The notes: generated by a model not told the origin, from the sequence alone. A stretch of 62,643 nt of DNA, filler included, from Globobulimina sp. (GCA_003354225.1; 17 parts of 17 records of this genome joined end to end with filler, not necessarily neighbours in it), one strand, 5' to 3'. Positions 35,228 to 47,892 are shown, counted from the whole stretch's first letter. A program made the numbers and translations.

Positions 35228-35893
35228 CTATTCTTTCGTACACTGTTCACCAGCAATCATTACCTTGATTTTTGAATCTGTCTCTGCACAAAAAACAAAA
35301 CGAAATTCAGTTGCTTCATCATTTTTTATTGTGTGATCTGTCGCAGACAATGCATTTCCAAAATCTTGCTCATTGCACAAAAAATGCAATGTTGATTCAT
35401 TTAAATTTAATTTCATACTAAAAGTATCTCCTTCATTTACTGTACATTTTTCTGAATAGTCTTGAATTATTTTACTAACATATCCAAATTGTCCGGTCCA
35501 TAAACACCATACATATCCACCAGATTGATACCAGTAATAATTAGATTTGTATTTTGCTAATGCGTTAGCATCATTTGGTATTATTCCCACCAGAAATTTA
35601 CAACCTTCACATGCAATGAATTTTAAATGCCATGCAAATATATCGCCTTTGCGAATAATATGCTCACCATAAACTGTACAATTATTTGGAACATTTTCTA
35701 TCTCAACGTATTGTTCATCGTCACTTATTTTGGCTGCAGGATTGCTATATGTTTTGCTCCAGTTTTCAACGAAGAGTTGGTATCCGTATATGATCGGAAT
35801 GATTGAGGTTGGAACAACAGTCGATAGATTCAATAATGTTTCTTGCTCTCTGACATATCCACACACCAATAATCGAAGCTGATTTGTATTCAT
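35228..35893 (-). CDS. B30.2/SPRY-domain protein
   Basis: FAWHLK, FLVGI, EGDTFSMKLNLNESTLHFLCNEQDFG. Confidence 0.8.
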   Translation of the reverse strand: MNTNQLRLLVCGYVREQETLLNLSTVVPTSIIPIIYGYQLFVENWSKTYSNPAAKISDDEQYVEIENVPNNCTVYGEHIIRKGDIFAWHLKFIACEGCKFLVGIIPNDANALAKYKSNYYWYQSGGYVWCLWTGQFGYVSKIIQDYSEKCTVNEGDTFSMKLNLNESTLHFLCNEQDFGNALSATDHTIKNDEATEFRFVFCAETDSKIKVMIAGEQCTKE

Positions 35894-36072
35894 CAAAGAC
35901 CGGCTTGGTACTGAAAAAATTTAACTTCAAAAAATTCCTATTTCTGTTTTCAAATCTTGGAAACTGCTCTTTCTCCTCGACAGGTAAAGACCTACATTCT
36001 GTATTGTTATAGAATGTATATCTGAAAAACAATAGAAATTAAGAGCTATGCAGAAAATATTATCATTCAATA

Positions 36073-36350
36073 TCATTTGTATTTTGACTTTGTTTCTGTA
36101 TCATATTCCGCTTGGATCCATTCATCAATTATTGAGCTAATGTATTGTGGTGAACAATCAACTCCAAAAGCCGAAGTCCGAGCACTACAATTTTGATTGA
36201 ACGCATTTACATTGGGAATTAATAAAATATTATCGCGTAAATAGTCCAAAATATATTCAAATATTTTGCCATTTCTATCAATGAAATATGATCCGTCATC
36301 CAATGGGAAAGAAAATTTCTCTTCGAACATTTTATGTAAAATGCTATCAT
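36073..36350 (-). pseudogene. KCTD-type BTB/POZ fragment, probably a remnant
   Basis: DSILHKMF...YFIDRNGKIFEYILDYLR; the N-terminal BTB strand (LNVGG) is absent and an in-frame stop lies just upstream. Confidence 0.55.
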
Positions 36351-36485
36351 TTTATGTTAAATACTTAAATCCATAGTTCTGTCACTTCTGTGCTATACAG
36401 TATACAATAATGTTCTCTCCAAGATTTACCCAAAAAACACAGTTTCAAGAAAGAATATATATTTATGAACAACAAACAAAACAAA

Positions 36486-36825
36486 TCATAAATTATCCTT
36501 TTCATCTTCATTATTTGCTTTCCAATTACAAATTATTAGTCGTGTTTCATTAAATCCAGGATACATAGCAATTATTTCTTCATCTGTATCAAAATAATTT
36601 GAATTAAATAATAAGGGTTTCTCAATATTTGATGGCGGATTGGCATCATCAACATATAAACATTGATTATATTCATTATCTCCCCATAAATAATATTTGT
36701 TATCCGCTGTCTTAACAATATTATGATTTGAACCACATTTAATATCAATAATTGTTTCCTTTTTTAATGTTTCATTTGGTTGTGGTAAATATACAGTTTC
36801 ATCTGAACCATTACCACATTGATAC
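36486..36825 (-). CDS. RCC1-repeat protein, C-terminal fragment
   Basis: Manual translation: YQCGNG...IIDIKCGSNHNIVKT...YLWGDNEYNQC. Confidence 0.8.
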
Positions 36826-37059
36826 NNNNNNNNNNNNNNNNNNNNNNNNNNNNNNNNNNNNNNNNNNNNTTAATTAATTAANNNNNNNNNNNNNNNNNNN
36901 NNNNNNNNNNNNNNNNNNNNNNNNNTATTCTAAAGTATTCATAATAATAAGTTATAAATTATATTGTATGTATGTTGCGTTATATTCTACAGTTTCCTTG
37001 AATTTTGCATGTTATTTGAAATTATGGTATACACAAAAGGCCAGGAAATGAACGACTAT

Positions 37060-38904
37060 TTATGGAAACATACATATTTGCTTACACAGTACATTGAGCA
37101 TATTTGATGTTGCTTTTTTCTTTGCGCCCTTTTTACTTTGTGCAAACCCTTTGGAACTCACTGTTCTTAAACATGATCTATATTCCAACATACATACGTA
37201 ACCATTGTTTGCTTTCAAATATTTGTCACGCAAAACTACTTTCGTCCGCTGACAGAATTGTTGCATCAAACTCAATGACAAAGATTTATAGCGAATATTT
37301 TTCCATTTCACTAAAATCTTTTTTGCATTTCGCTCTCGACTGTTTTGAGCAACTCGTTGTTTCTCGATAAATTCCGCCGAATCAACTTTGACTTCATCAA
37401 ATTTAGCAGAAATAGCAGATTGTAGTTTTTCAATTGATTCCAATTTATCAACTGTACGTCCTTTCTCTTCACTCATTATCACAAAACTGCTGTCTTTCTG
37501 TCGTGCACGACCTCGACCTTGAACAAATGAGACAGAATTTAATATAGAATCGAAGCGTATCACACAGTTTGCTGCAGCAACGTCAATACCTTCCTCAGCC
37601 ACTGTCGTACACACCAAAATATTGGCTCTCCCTTCTGCAAAATCATCCAAATAACGTTCTGATTCTTTCTTTGATAATGACAGGCTGGAAGTTGGTGGTT
37701 TAGTGCTACTCGAATATAACGGCACTGCTTTAAATCCTTTTGCAGTCAGTTCATTATCGTTTGATATAAAATGAACAATAATATGAACCGCCACCTTTTG
37801 TTGCACAAACACCAATGCACGCAAATCTGACGCTGCTTCTTTCTGTTTTACTAATAACGTCTTCTTTAAACCATCCATTTTTGCGCAGGAATTACCATAC
37901 GTAGCGAAGAAAGCATTTATTTTATCAATTATAAACCTATCTGATTGCAATTTGTATGTATCAATATGCATCATTTTCAAATATGAAACAGCCAATTCTA
38001 AACCTTGAGATTCCTCCCAATTCATCACAATCATTCGTAACGATTCATACCAATGTTCTAAAAAATATAATCCTGCTCTATGTGCATAAGCACCCCAATT
38101 TGCTAATTTTCTCTGCTTCAAAGGCGATTTAAATCCAATGAAATTCACTTTCGCTTTCTCTTCCAATGCATGAATAATATCCACAATACATTTTGCGTGC
38201 GACGTTAATTGATTTTTCCTATATCGACTCCAGAACATAGCATACATTAAATGAGGCTTCCTTTCATTCAAAGGAATTGTACCACGGGTTTGATGCAGTA
38301 ATGTTTGCGTCTCTGCTTTTGTCACATTTCCATGATATCCATCTTTTTGAAGTTCTTGGATTGTTGCTGTTGCCAACACTTTGATTCTTAATTCGTATGC
38401 AAACCGTTGCACTGTTTTGTTGACTGCTTTTTCAGTGACACCATATGTTAAGGAAGCAGTCAAGCCAATAATTTGTACGGATTCTGGAATTTGATGTGCT
38501 ATTTTTCGATACGGATGATCTTTGAGAACATGATGCACTTCGTCGAAAATTACAATACCAATATGAGACCAATGTAGTTTGTCCAATTTGCGCTGTTTAC
38601 TCAAGAAAGCCTGAGGTGTTGATACCAAGATATCAAAGTTGTTAGGAAAGGATATTCCTCCCATATATTCTCCAATTTCAAGTTGAGTCCATTCCCGTAT
38701 GGCTTGGGCTTGCTGGGCAACGAGAACGCGCGATGGAACAATGAATAATGCAGATAAAGAATGCACGCCTGTCTGATTACAGATATATTGTTTCAAAATT
38801 TCAGATCCGATCAGAGTTTTGCCGGAACCAGTTGGTAACAGAACTATTGCATTTTGTGATCCAACCTGATTTACAATACGCTTTTGATACCCTCGAAGCA
38901 GCAT
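37060..38904 (-). CDS. Dicer/RIG-I-family DExD/H RNA helicase with C-terminal dsRBD
   Basis: LRGYQ, LPTGSGKT, STPQ, DEVHH, GLTAS, LVFVQ, TTVAEEGIDV, VQGRGRAR; dsRBD-like LMQQFCQR...AQSKKGAKKKA; complete intronless 614 aa. Confidence 0.88.
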   Translation of the reverse strand: MLLRGYQKRIVNQVGSQNAIVLLPTGSGKTLIGSEILKQYICNQTGVHSLSALFIVPSRVLVAQQAQAIREWTQLEIGEYMGGISFPNNFDILVSTPQAFLSKQRKLDKLHWSHIGIVIFDEVHHVLKDHPYRKIAHQIPESVQIIGLTASLTYGVTEKAVNKTVQRFAYELRIKVLATATIQELQKDGYHGNVTKAETQTLLHQTRGTIPLNERKPHLMYAMFWSRYRKNQLTSHAKCIVDIIHALEEKAKVNFIGFKSPLKQRKLANWGAYAHRAGLYFLEHWYESLRMIVMNWEESQGLELAVSYLKMMHIDTYKLQSDRFIIDKINAFFATYGNSCAKMDGLKKTLLVKQKEAASDLRALVFVQQKVAVHIIVHFISNDNELTAKGFKAVPLYSSSTKPPTSSLSLSKKESERYLDDFAEGRANILVCTTVAEEGIDVAAANCVIRFDSILNSVSFVQGRGRARQKDSSFVIMSEEKGRTVDKLESIEKLQSAISAKFDEVKVDSAEFIEKQRVAQNSRERNAKKILVKWKNIRYKSLSLSLMQQFCQRTKVVLRDKYLKANNGYVCMLEYRSCLRTVSSKGFAQSKKGAKKKATSNMLNVLCKQICMFP

Positions 38905-38966
38905 GTTGTGTGAGTGTGAAAGAAAAAGCAGGTTTTGTGATAGTGTTTTAGTTTTAAATTAACGCA

Positions 38967-40514
38967 ATGAGCACCACAAAGCAAGCCGAATCCAAACAAA
39001 ATGACACAACAAATTCGTCATCTGCGTTACTGAGCAAATTAAAACAGATTTTAGACAACGTATCGACCCAAGAAACTGTTTTACAAAATAAAACATCTAA
39101 AATTGAGAAATGGTACAATATGAATAAATCAGCATTGCAAACTGCATCCACAGTAAAGACAAAATTGATGCAATTTGAACCAATAAATGAAGCCACCGAC
39201 AACCAACAAATAAAACAAACAAAAACAGAGAATAAATATGCCATCAATATGGCATTAGATAATTTTGCAAATGAATTAAAATTATTGCATAAATCTGAAA
39301 TACAATACAGATCCACAGAAAGCGACGGCGAACTAACACAAAAAACACAAACTATCAATAAATTACAAAATAAAAATAATATCTTAGTGCGGCACAATAA
39401 ATCATTGTTGGAAGCAAACGCAAACTATGAGGAAAAAATAAAATTATTAGCAGAACAGCATAATTTATTAATGGAAACTACAAAAAAGAATCTATTCGAT
39501 CGACACAAAGATTACGTCGAAAATTTGCAACATCAACATCAGGCACACCTAAAATCGCAGAAAATTCAACATCAAAATCAATTAACTTATGAGCTGACAA
39601 CGTTAAAAAAAGAGAAATCATTGGAATTAGAGGTCTGTGCTTTGTAATATTTAATATTTAATACTTTCTACAATATTCTGTTTACCACAGAAACAATTAA
39701 ACGAATTATCCACGCAAAAAACCAGCGAATTTGGACGAGAACGGGCTGAAATTCAGCAGCAAATTAATTCATTAAAGCATAAATATAATGCATTAGTAAC
39801 GGATATTAACGAAAACAAGGAATTATTAACAAAATATGTAGAATTAGATAAAGAACATCAACGATTAGCACTGCAATGGAGCACAGATAAAAAACAATTA
39901 AGTGCACAAATACTCGAATTAAAAGAAAGTGAAATAAAGAACGCTGAAGCATTATTGCAGCAAATCAACGAAAATAATAAGTTACAAAGCAATGCAGCGA
40001 AAAATGCATTGCTTAGTATCAAGCATTCGGAAGAAATGGACAAATTCAATTTGCTGGTCATGGAATTGCACACCGCGTCGGATATAAATGACTTAAAATT
40101 GCTGCGTATGAGTGAGAAATATGAATTATTATTAAATCAATATAAAGTGATGAAACAGGAGAAATGTGCCTTAATAAAGGAAGTAAAAAAATTGAGGGAA
40201 AATATTGTGGCGAAAGACTTGAAAAAATCCGAGATTTTAAGCAAAATGTCAGCAAATGAAGTGATTCATAACGAGGAAGTTAATGCATTGAACAGTGAGA
40301 TATTAGTATTAAGGGCTCAGCATTCAAATGTTTTAAATCGATTTGAAGAATTTATTAAATCGTTAGCTGACTGTAACTCTCATATGGAAAATTTTGGTGA
40401 TACTATAAATAATTTTTCTGTGACCGGTTTGATGGATAGTTATGACAATGAATATGATGCGAGGCTAAAATCCACGCAATTAGTGAATGATACGTTGGAC
40501 AATAAAATGAATGC
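38967..40514 (+). CDS. Long coiled-coil protein; intron about 39633-39690; 3'-truncated
   Basis: Heptad-rich K/E/Q/L sequence; GAG|gtctgt...ccacag|AAACAA restores the frame. Confidence 0.7.
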
Positions 40515-40614
40515 NNNNNNNNNNNNNNNNNNNNNNNNNNNNNNNNNNNNNNNNNNNNTTAATTAATTAANNNNNNNNNNNNNNNNNNNNNNNNNNNNNN
40601 NNNNNNNNNNNNNN

Positions 40615-41770
40615 ACAAAACTGTAGGAAAAAGCTGTGCAATTTGTCGCATTCTTCTTGCAGTATTTTATCTTTATCATTTCTGTCTGTTGTGATTTTAT
40701 TATCATTATTGTCGATAAGATGAAACATTTCCTTTTCTGCTGCAACATTATCTCTGTCCCTATAATGCCTTTTAAATGCTTCACATTTCCCTATATCATA
40801 GCATTTATATTTTTTTTCAAACTCTTCACATAACGTTTTTGCTATATTGTGATATTTTATTTTTGATTCTTGCGATCCGCGTTGTGGCCGCAGCTTTTTT
40901 TTTCTGTTGGTGTCAATGTGATACATTTTTACATGCAAAAAATCATTATAAATTTGTTGATGGCCATACAGATCTTTGAATATTAAAATAGGTCCAAATG
41001 GCACGCTTTTCCATAACATTTCACAATGCATTAATTGATTATAAACAGATAATATGCAATCTATTCTTTGTACACATCCACATCGCATTATTAAATGGTC
41101 GCTGGTTCCCGGACAGTTTTCATTTAAACACTGTTTTTCCAATGTTTTTTTTGTTTGATTTGTTAATAATTTACTCATTGTAAGTCTATAATCATAGGTT
41201 ATTTTTTTATATTCTGTTGTGTTGGTCAATTCTTTTTGTTTTTTGGCATATTGAGAAGGGGTCAATTCGTCCCATGCTTTTTGTTCGGTGACCTTCAAAT
41301 AATTTTGGTCCTTGAAACTTTTTGTAGTTTTCAGTGAATTAGATCTAGATCGGGAAAGTGTGTCACTTGTACCGGTGCCCTTATATGTAATACAATTAAT
41401 TGTGATTTATAAGGTAAATATATATAGTGCATACGTCCTGTTTTTGTATTTCCGTCAAAATATAGCTGATTCTTTGTCTATCTGCGGAAGATTTGCCTGT
41501 ATTCAATTTGAAATATACATATTCTGTCATGTTATTCTTATTGTTATCATATGATTTATCTCTCTTAATATCAGAAAGAATGTCTCTCACATTTTCCATT
41601 ACTGTAAAATCATCGATATCCAATTTATGAGGTAATGTATCATAATCATATGCGGTGCTAGGCTGCGATTGTTTTGTGTGTTGTTTCGTGAATTTGACTT
41701 TCGTTTTGATGCTAGGCTGCGATTGTTTTGCTTTTTTTCGTTTCGATTTGGTGTTTCCCATCGATAGCAT
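40615..41770 (-). CDS. Hypothetical protein; intron 41380-41434; 3'-truncated
   Basis: A GT-AG intron joins ORFs 41396-41770 and 40567-41298 (QKQD|GTGTS); Cys/His motifs CDIGKC-like and FKRHYRDR. Confidence 0.65.
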
Positions 41771-41951
41771 TATTGATGAAACATTCTGTTTTCATTTTTC
41801 AAAAAACTCTTCAAAATACTAAGAAATCAATTGAGAGGTGTTTCTGGATGGAATAGCGTCCATTTTCTTTTGGGTCTGTATTGGCTTATTTAGCTATATC
41901 ATTTAAACAAACTCAAACACGTACAGAAAAACAAAATAATAATTAAAATAT

Positions 41952-44203
41952 TTAATAACCATTGCCATTATCGCTGATAACTGATTTTTGTCGGGAGAGC
42001 AGAGACTCTGCATAGTTATAAAGACGTATTTTAAATCCAATTTTCCCATTTTTACCACTCTTTATTTTCCAACCACAACTTTCCAATTCCGCTCTCAATA
42101 CTTCTTTTAAATCATTTGGATGAAAAAACTTATCTCCGGTGGCTGGATTATTAGCCTCCGCATAATTATAATATACAAATGTTACTTTCTTTAAACGTAT
42201 TTTTTCATTTTTCCCTCTCAATATACTCAACAAATTTGTCAATACATCATCATCAAAGCGATAATCATTTATAAAATGTGCTATTTCAACATTCGGGAAT
42301 ATATTTAACAATTTTGCAAATGAAACAAGATATTTATCATTTTTATGAACATCTTTATTCTCCACTTTCTCCAAAAAAAACGGCTTCAATCCATTACTAA
42401 TTTGATCTATTTTTACAACTTGTTTTATATTTGGTTGGTTTTGGAAATCCTTAAATTTGTTCCATAATATCTTCATTATTTGTATTTCTTTTTCACTTTT
42501 ACTCCAATCTCCGGCTTCTGTCAACCGACCCTTATGTTCAGCACACATACAACACAAAAACGATAAAAACGATTCTTTTATCTCTTTTGTGACTGAATCT
42601 TTATCATAGGTTTTACAGCAATTCATCTGATTACATTTCAAGAACTCAATCAAATAATATTCCAAATGCTGACTCATTGAAAACATCTGCTCCCGAAACA
42701 AATGAATGGCAAAAAACACAACCCTTATTTTAGAGGCTAACGGTGCGTCATCCCATGATTCTCTATCCATAATATTATGGATAATTGGTCGTGTCCTTAT
42801 TTCTAAAACTCGCATATACACAAAACCGATCAAATATTCCTGCTCTTCCGGGTAATCACTGATCGCCGAGGCGTCAAAAGCGCGGCAAAAGTCCAAGCGT
42901 GGATATTGTGAGGTTATTTTCAACACCATACCTTTTGCGGTGGCAAACGTTTTTGCGACGTGGTAGGACGCCGTGGTCGATAATGGACCGTAAAAAGCCA
43001 TGGTTTCATGTGGATGCAACATCATTTTCGCATTCACGCCGTGATATAATACCATATTTTCTTGATTGATTTTTTTACCATATTTGTTTAATACGATCAA
43101 TAAACCAAGCCTCCAATGGAAAAACTCACATAGTCGTTTCTCTAATTCTTGCTTTTTGGCATTGTCTTGCTTTTCTTGTTGTATTTGTTCCATTTCTTCA
43201 ACCTTTTCATCGTTTTGTTGGGTAATATTAATAGTTTCCCATCGAAAGCATTTCTTCAATTCGTGTTGTAATTTGTCAAAGTCTGCGTATATATAAACGT
43301 GTTGTAGTCAATGTAGTGTTGGGCGAATTGCCTCTAATATCTCTACAAATGTACCTGTGTATAATTTGAGCATAACAACTTCGGTCATTGTGATTTCTTC
43401 GCCGGCTCTCCATGTAATATGGGTCGCACTCACATCATCTTTAAAATTGCCAGGATATAATGTTTTGATTTTTTTTCTGGCAAATGATTGGTAAAATATT
43501 TTGGATTTTCTTAGTGTTTGATTCCAATTATCTTTGGATGCTCTACGATATGAATTATACAATGCCTCTCTATATATAAAAAAATCCAGATTGTATACAA
43601 CAACAACAACACACAACACAACAACACCGTTTGTGTGTATTACCGGTAACTTAACTCTTTGACATTTTTATATATAGGTCTTAAATGAACCAAACCTCGA
43701 TTTTGACCGGTCCGAAATCCACTATTTGTTATAAATTATCCTTGCACAGTGATTGTGAGATTAATATATGCCACATACTGAGCACTCTGCCATCGAAATA
43801 TTCCCATATGTTGCACCAACAATCTGTATCCGGCGCCATCGCCATCATTTTTAGATTCAAACGCAAAACTTTCTAACCATTTCTCGTCCTCTGTACATGT
43901 TAAGTATACACTGTCAAATAAGTATAATTAAATAATTTATTAACTAATCGTACCTTTTTTGCCAACATAGGTTCTTCGGGCACTCGATTTTAAAGGAGGG
44001 TTTTGCCCGTTTTCTTTACTTTCTTTATCTCCTTTGTAAACAGAAAAACTTCTTCCCAATGCCTTATCTGCTATGGCATCAATCAATTGATTGGACAGTG
44101 CTTTATTGTCAACAGTCTCATCATTATCATATTTAATGGTTGAACTAAATATAAATATAATTATAATTATTATTTTTTAAACAGATATTTTTAACAAAAC
44201 TGT
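41952..44203 (-). CDS. ADP-ribosyltransferase-like domain protein, multi-exon (introns 43283-43354, 43570-43643 and probably more upstream), 5'-truncated
   Basis: LYHGV...PLSTT...VAKTFA...GMVLKI...ISDYPEEQEYL matches the R-S-E ART pattern with H in place of R. Confidence 0.7.
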
Positions 44204-44318
44204 NNNNNNNNNNNNNNNNNNNNNNNNNNNNNNNNNNNNNNNNNNNNTTAATTAATTAANNNNNNNNNNNNNNNNNNNNNNNNNNNNNNNNNNNNNNNNN
44301 NNNACAATCACTAAATTT

Positions 44319-45224
44319 ATGCCTGAGTTGTCTGAAGATATTGAGATAGCGTCGGATGATAATAATATTATGGAACCAGCCAGTCCTTCCACAAAAAATA
44401 TAAATCACAACAATAACACCAATAATCAGGCATCGAAGGAGAATGATAATATGCACGAAGTGGAGGAGGAGAAGATTGATATCATTCATATTGGCGAGAA
44501 AAGCATTAATTTCGTACATGAGTTGCAGTTGAAATGTCCATTGGGACATGAATTAGAAAAACTAATTTGTGAGAATTCTGATATTTATCTGTGCGATGAA
44601 TGCAGAGAGGACTTGTTTGCAGGAATGGTGCAGTTTGAGTGCAGAATGGATAATTATGATTTATGTGGGAAATGTCACGATAAATTGTTATTAACCGAAC
44701 GCGAAAAATTGAAAAAAGAAATGGAGAAAACAGACGTTTGGGTTATTGACGAATATAAAGGAGTGGAATATGGCGATAGATTAAATACAGCCAAATCTGA
44801 GATAGAGCGCAGAGTAGAAAGGGAAGAAAAAGAAAAGGAGATTGAGATTGAGATTACGCCGGATCCAAAAGACGAGCGGAAGGACAATAAAATATTATCA
44901 CAGTTTAAAAAACAAACAAGAAAACAGAATAAGAATAAAAATAAGAATGGTAATGATGAGAATATGAAATATATTTTGTCAGGGAATAAGAAATTGAGAT
45001 ATGACGGATCGGCATTTGACGATGAAAGGTGGTTAATGGAGACGTATGATGGGTATTGTGAATGGATCAGAGATCAGTTTATGAAATGTAAAGATATAAA
45101 TGATCGGAGAGTTATTCATTGCCACACTCTGAACTTAGTGAATCAAGAAGATGTTGAAAAGGTTATGTATGAGTTAAATAACTATGTGTTCAGAAATATG
45201 TTTCATAATGACTGGCTGTTTTGA
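44319..45224 (+). CDS. Zinc-finger (ZZ/C1-like) protein
   Basis: CPLGHEL...CDEC...FECRMDNYDLCGKC. Confidence 0.65.
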   Translation: MPELSEDIEIASDDNNIMEPASPSTKNINHNNNTNNQASKENDNMHEVEEEKIDIIHIGEKSINFVHELQLKCPLGHELEKLICENSDIYLCDECREDLFAGMVQFECRMDNYDLCGKCHDKLLLTEREKLKKEMEKTDVWVIDEYKGVEYGDRLNTAKSEIERRVEREEKEKEIEIEITPDPKDERKDNKILSQFKKQTRKQNKNKNKNGNDENMKYILSGNKKLRYDGSAFDDERWLMETYDGYCEWIRDQFMKCKDINDRRVIHCHTLNLVNQEDVEKVMYELNNYVFRNMFHNDWLF

Positions 45225-45260
45225 ATGCTAGCTTATATTAATGGTTTTTCAGTGTGAGTC

Positions 45261-45825
45261 ATGCTAACCCGTTTTTTACTCATCACAGCTTTAAACATCA
45301 GGGGAATAACTACAAAGTGTCAATATTGTCCTTTGCTGTATAAATATAAGCATATTAAGATTAACTATCGAGGCATGTCAACTCCAAATACGTCAAGCCA
45401 TAAAAAAAGTGTATATCGCAATAACAAAGATGATGAGAAAAAAAGAATTGATATATCTCAAGTCAAATTTGGTGTTGACTCTCTGAAAGGTAAAGCAATA
45501 GGAACATATAAGGATGATCAGGTCGCATTTATTGATTTCACAGTTGATGGTTTGTGTAATTGTGTTACTTATACACATAAAATACAAACTTACATTGATT
45601 CTAAATCATGCAATAAAAGGTAAAACCTCGACATTAAATATAATTCGTACTGTAACCATGGATAAATATCGGGGCAATGGAATTGCTGAACAAATAACAA
45701 AATCAGTATTTCAATACGCGCAGCAACAAAAATATACGGTAACATCTGATTGTTGGTACACATCCATTTTCTTGAAGAAAGCACATAATGCACAATATAA
45801 TAAAATATACAAAGCAAAACTTTAA
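45261..45825 (+). CDS. YjdJ/NATD1-like GNAT acetyltransferase with possible mitochondrial presequence; intron 45550-45619
   Basis: VAFIDF...LNIIRTVTMDKYRGNGIAEQI...SDCWY. Confidence 0.75.
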
Positions 45826-45945
45826 TTATTAATAATATTTTATTTACCAATTCAATTTATTTACAAACTGTCGCAAAGTTCACTAGATTTTTTTTAAATT
45901 CTAAATAACCGTTTTTTTTCGAGTAGCTCCTTGGCTGAAGCGATC

Positions 45946-47892
45946 ATGACGGATTCAGAGGATATTGACACAGGAACTGATGTGTCAGACACAGGCACAG
46001 ATGTATCCGATGTAGAATCAACAGGTTCCTCATCCAAACCGCAAGGGATGGTCAAACATCGTACAAACTCATCGCTAGGCAACCATATGGATTTAGTGAA
46101 CCGTATGGTCTCTCGATGGGGCTCTATAGGAGACGGCGAGTTTGATGGCGAGTTACTCAGAGAGAACACCGAAGAGTTCGGGACTGATTCAGACTACGAT
46201 GACAATAAACAAAATGCAGAAAACAACCCAAATGGGGATGATAAAGCCACTAAAAAGCCAGTGTCTAAACCAGGTCATAGACGTAAGAAATCAGCCACGG
46301 ATGAAATGAAATTACTGAAAATGGAGAGAGAAGCATTGGAGAGCGCCTTTGATAAATATATAGATCCCGATTTGAACGGTGATGTGGATGTCGATGAATG
46401 GTTTATGGGCATTCAAAAATTAAATGTGCAGTTAAATGAGATGCAGCAGAAGAAAATCTATAATTTTATGGACAAAGAGGAATCCGGATTCATTGAAAAG
46501 GACGATTTTGTGACCTTTGCCAGTGCTAAATTTGATAATGCAGAATTGCAGGAATTACAGAAACCGATATTAGAGGCGGTGCGCCTACAAAACTTACATA
46601 ACCGAACACATTCAAACTTAATGAACCCATCACATTTATCGCAAGATTGGAACGATTATGATATGACCAACTTACAACACGAAATGTTCGAACATATGGC
46701 TGAAATGGTAGGAGTTATGCAGGTATAATACCACATATACTCTATATTGCACATTCCACAGATTCGCAAAGCACACGTACTCATTTTGCGACTAACAAAG
46801 CATCCTTGCACTCAATGCATAATTATGATAAACAATAGAAACAATATCGCGCATCGCTTGAAAAAGTAATCAAATCATACAATAAATAGTAATGTTGACA
46901 GGAAATACAGCCATGCCATATATTGCATGATTTGAAGACTAGCGTTGCATATTAGACATTTTATTAGTTTCTAGCTTGAAATTGTGTTGAAACTGATAAT
47001 TAATGCACCAATAAATAGACGGAAGTAAAGCAAGAACACGAATTCGAGCAAATGGTGATCGAGCGGGCGGAGAAGAACCCCGATATGTTACAGCCCGAAA
47101 ATGCCTTCAAATGGACCAAATACGAAGTGTCTCGCTGGATAACCAACATGGGCATGGATAGGTATGCCCGGTATTTTGCGCAAGAGTGCGTGGACGGTCC
47201 CATGTTATTGGAAGATATGACGGAGGAAATGCTTCATACAAACTTAGCTGTTCGCTCCATCCACGCTAAGAAGATAATGCGCGAGATCTACGCCTTAAAA
47301 AAAGCAGTGCGCGGTGTGACCGACTTAATTTTGGAGCAATCCGACTTTGTTTGTACGCACAGCATCGACGACATTGAGAAGAAAATCGCCACCTTGCAAA
47401 TCAAGGAAGAACTGGAGAAGACCAAGCGGCAAAAGGAGCAATTAAAGAAATTCTATGAGAACGAAATGATGAAATTGAACAAAGTCATCATTGAATTGAA
47501 AGAAAATCAATCGAAGCATGGCAAGAAAAAAAAGAAGAAGAAAAATAAGGACAAGGAAAAGGAGAAAAAAAAAGAAGACGTCATCGTGCTCCCTCAACCT
47601 CCCATGGATTTCGACCAAAGCACGAGCGCAGAGTCTATGATCTCGCCGCAATTCGGTCTGGGTGTATTACCGCCGCTGAATGACACAAACGACACAAACG
47701 ACGAAGATATGAAGGACGATATCAAGGAAAACGAGCTCGAGACAGAAAACGACAACGACAGCGCGGATGACTCGAAACCGGAGCAAACGCAAGAAATTGA
47801 GCAATATGTGAAGCCGGCCAGTGATTCGGAGGACGCTTCCTCTGAGGATTCGGAGTCAGAGTCAGAGTCCGAGGACGAAGCATATGTTGGTC
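45946..47892 (+). CDS. EF-hand pair plus SAM domain plus coiled-coil protein; intron about 46723-47018; 3'-truncated
   Basis: DPDLNGDVDVDE and DKEESGFIEKDD loops; SAM WTKYEVSRWI...YARYFAQECVDGPMLL. Confidence 0.8.

Noticed and set aside
11085-38904. RT, pPolB, RNA helicase and RNA-repair enzyme as one linked defence or mobile system
   Set aside because: They lie on separate contigs ordered by length, so there is no evidence of linkage
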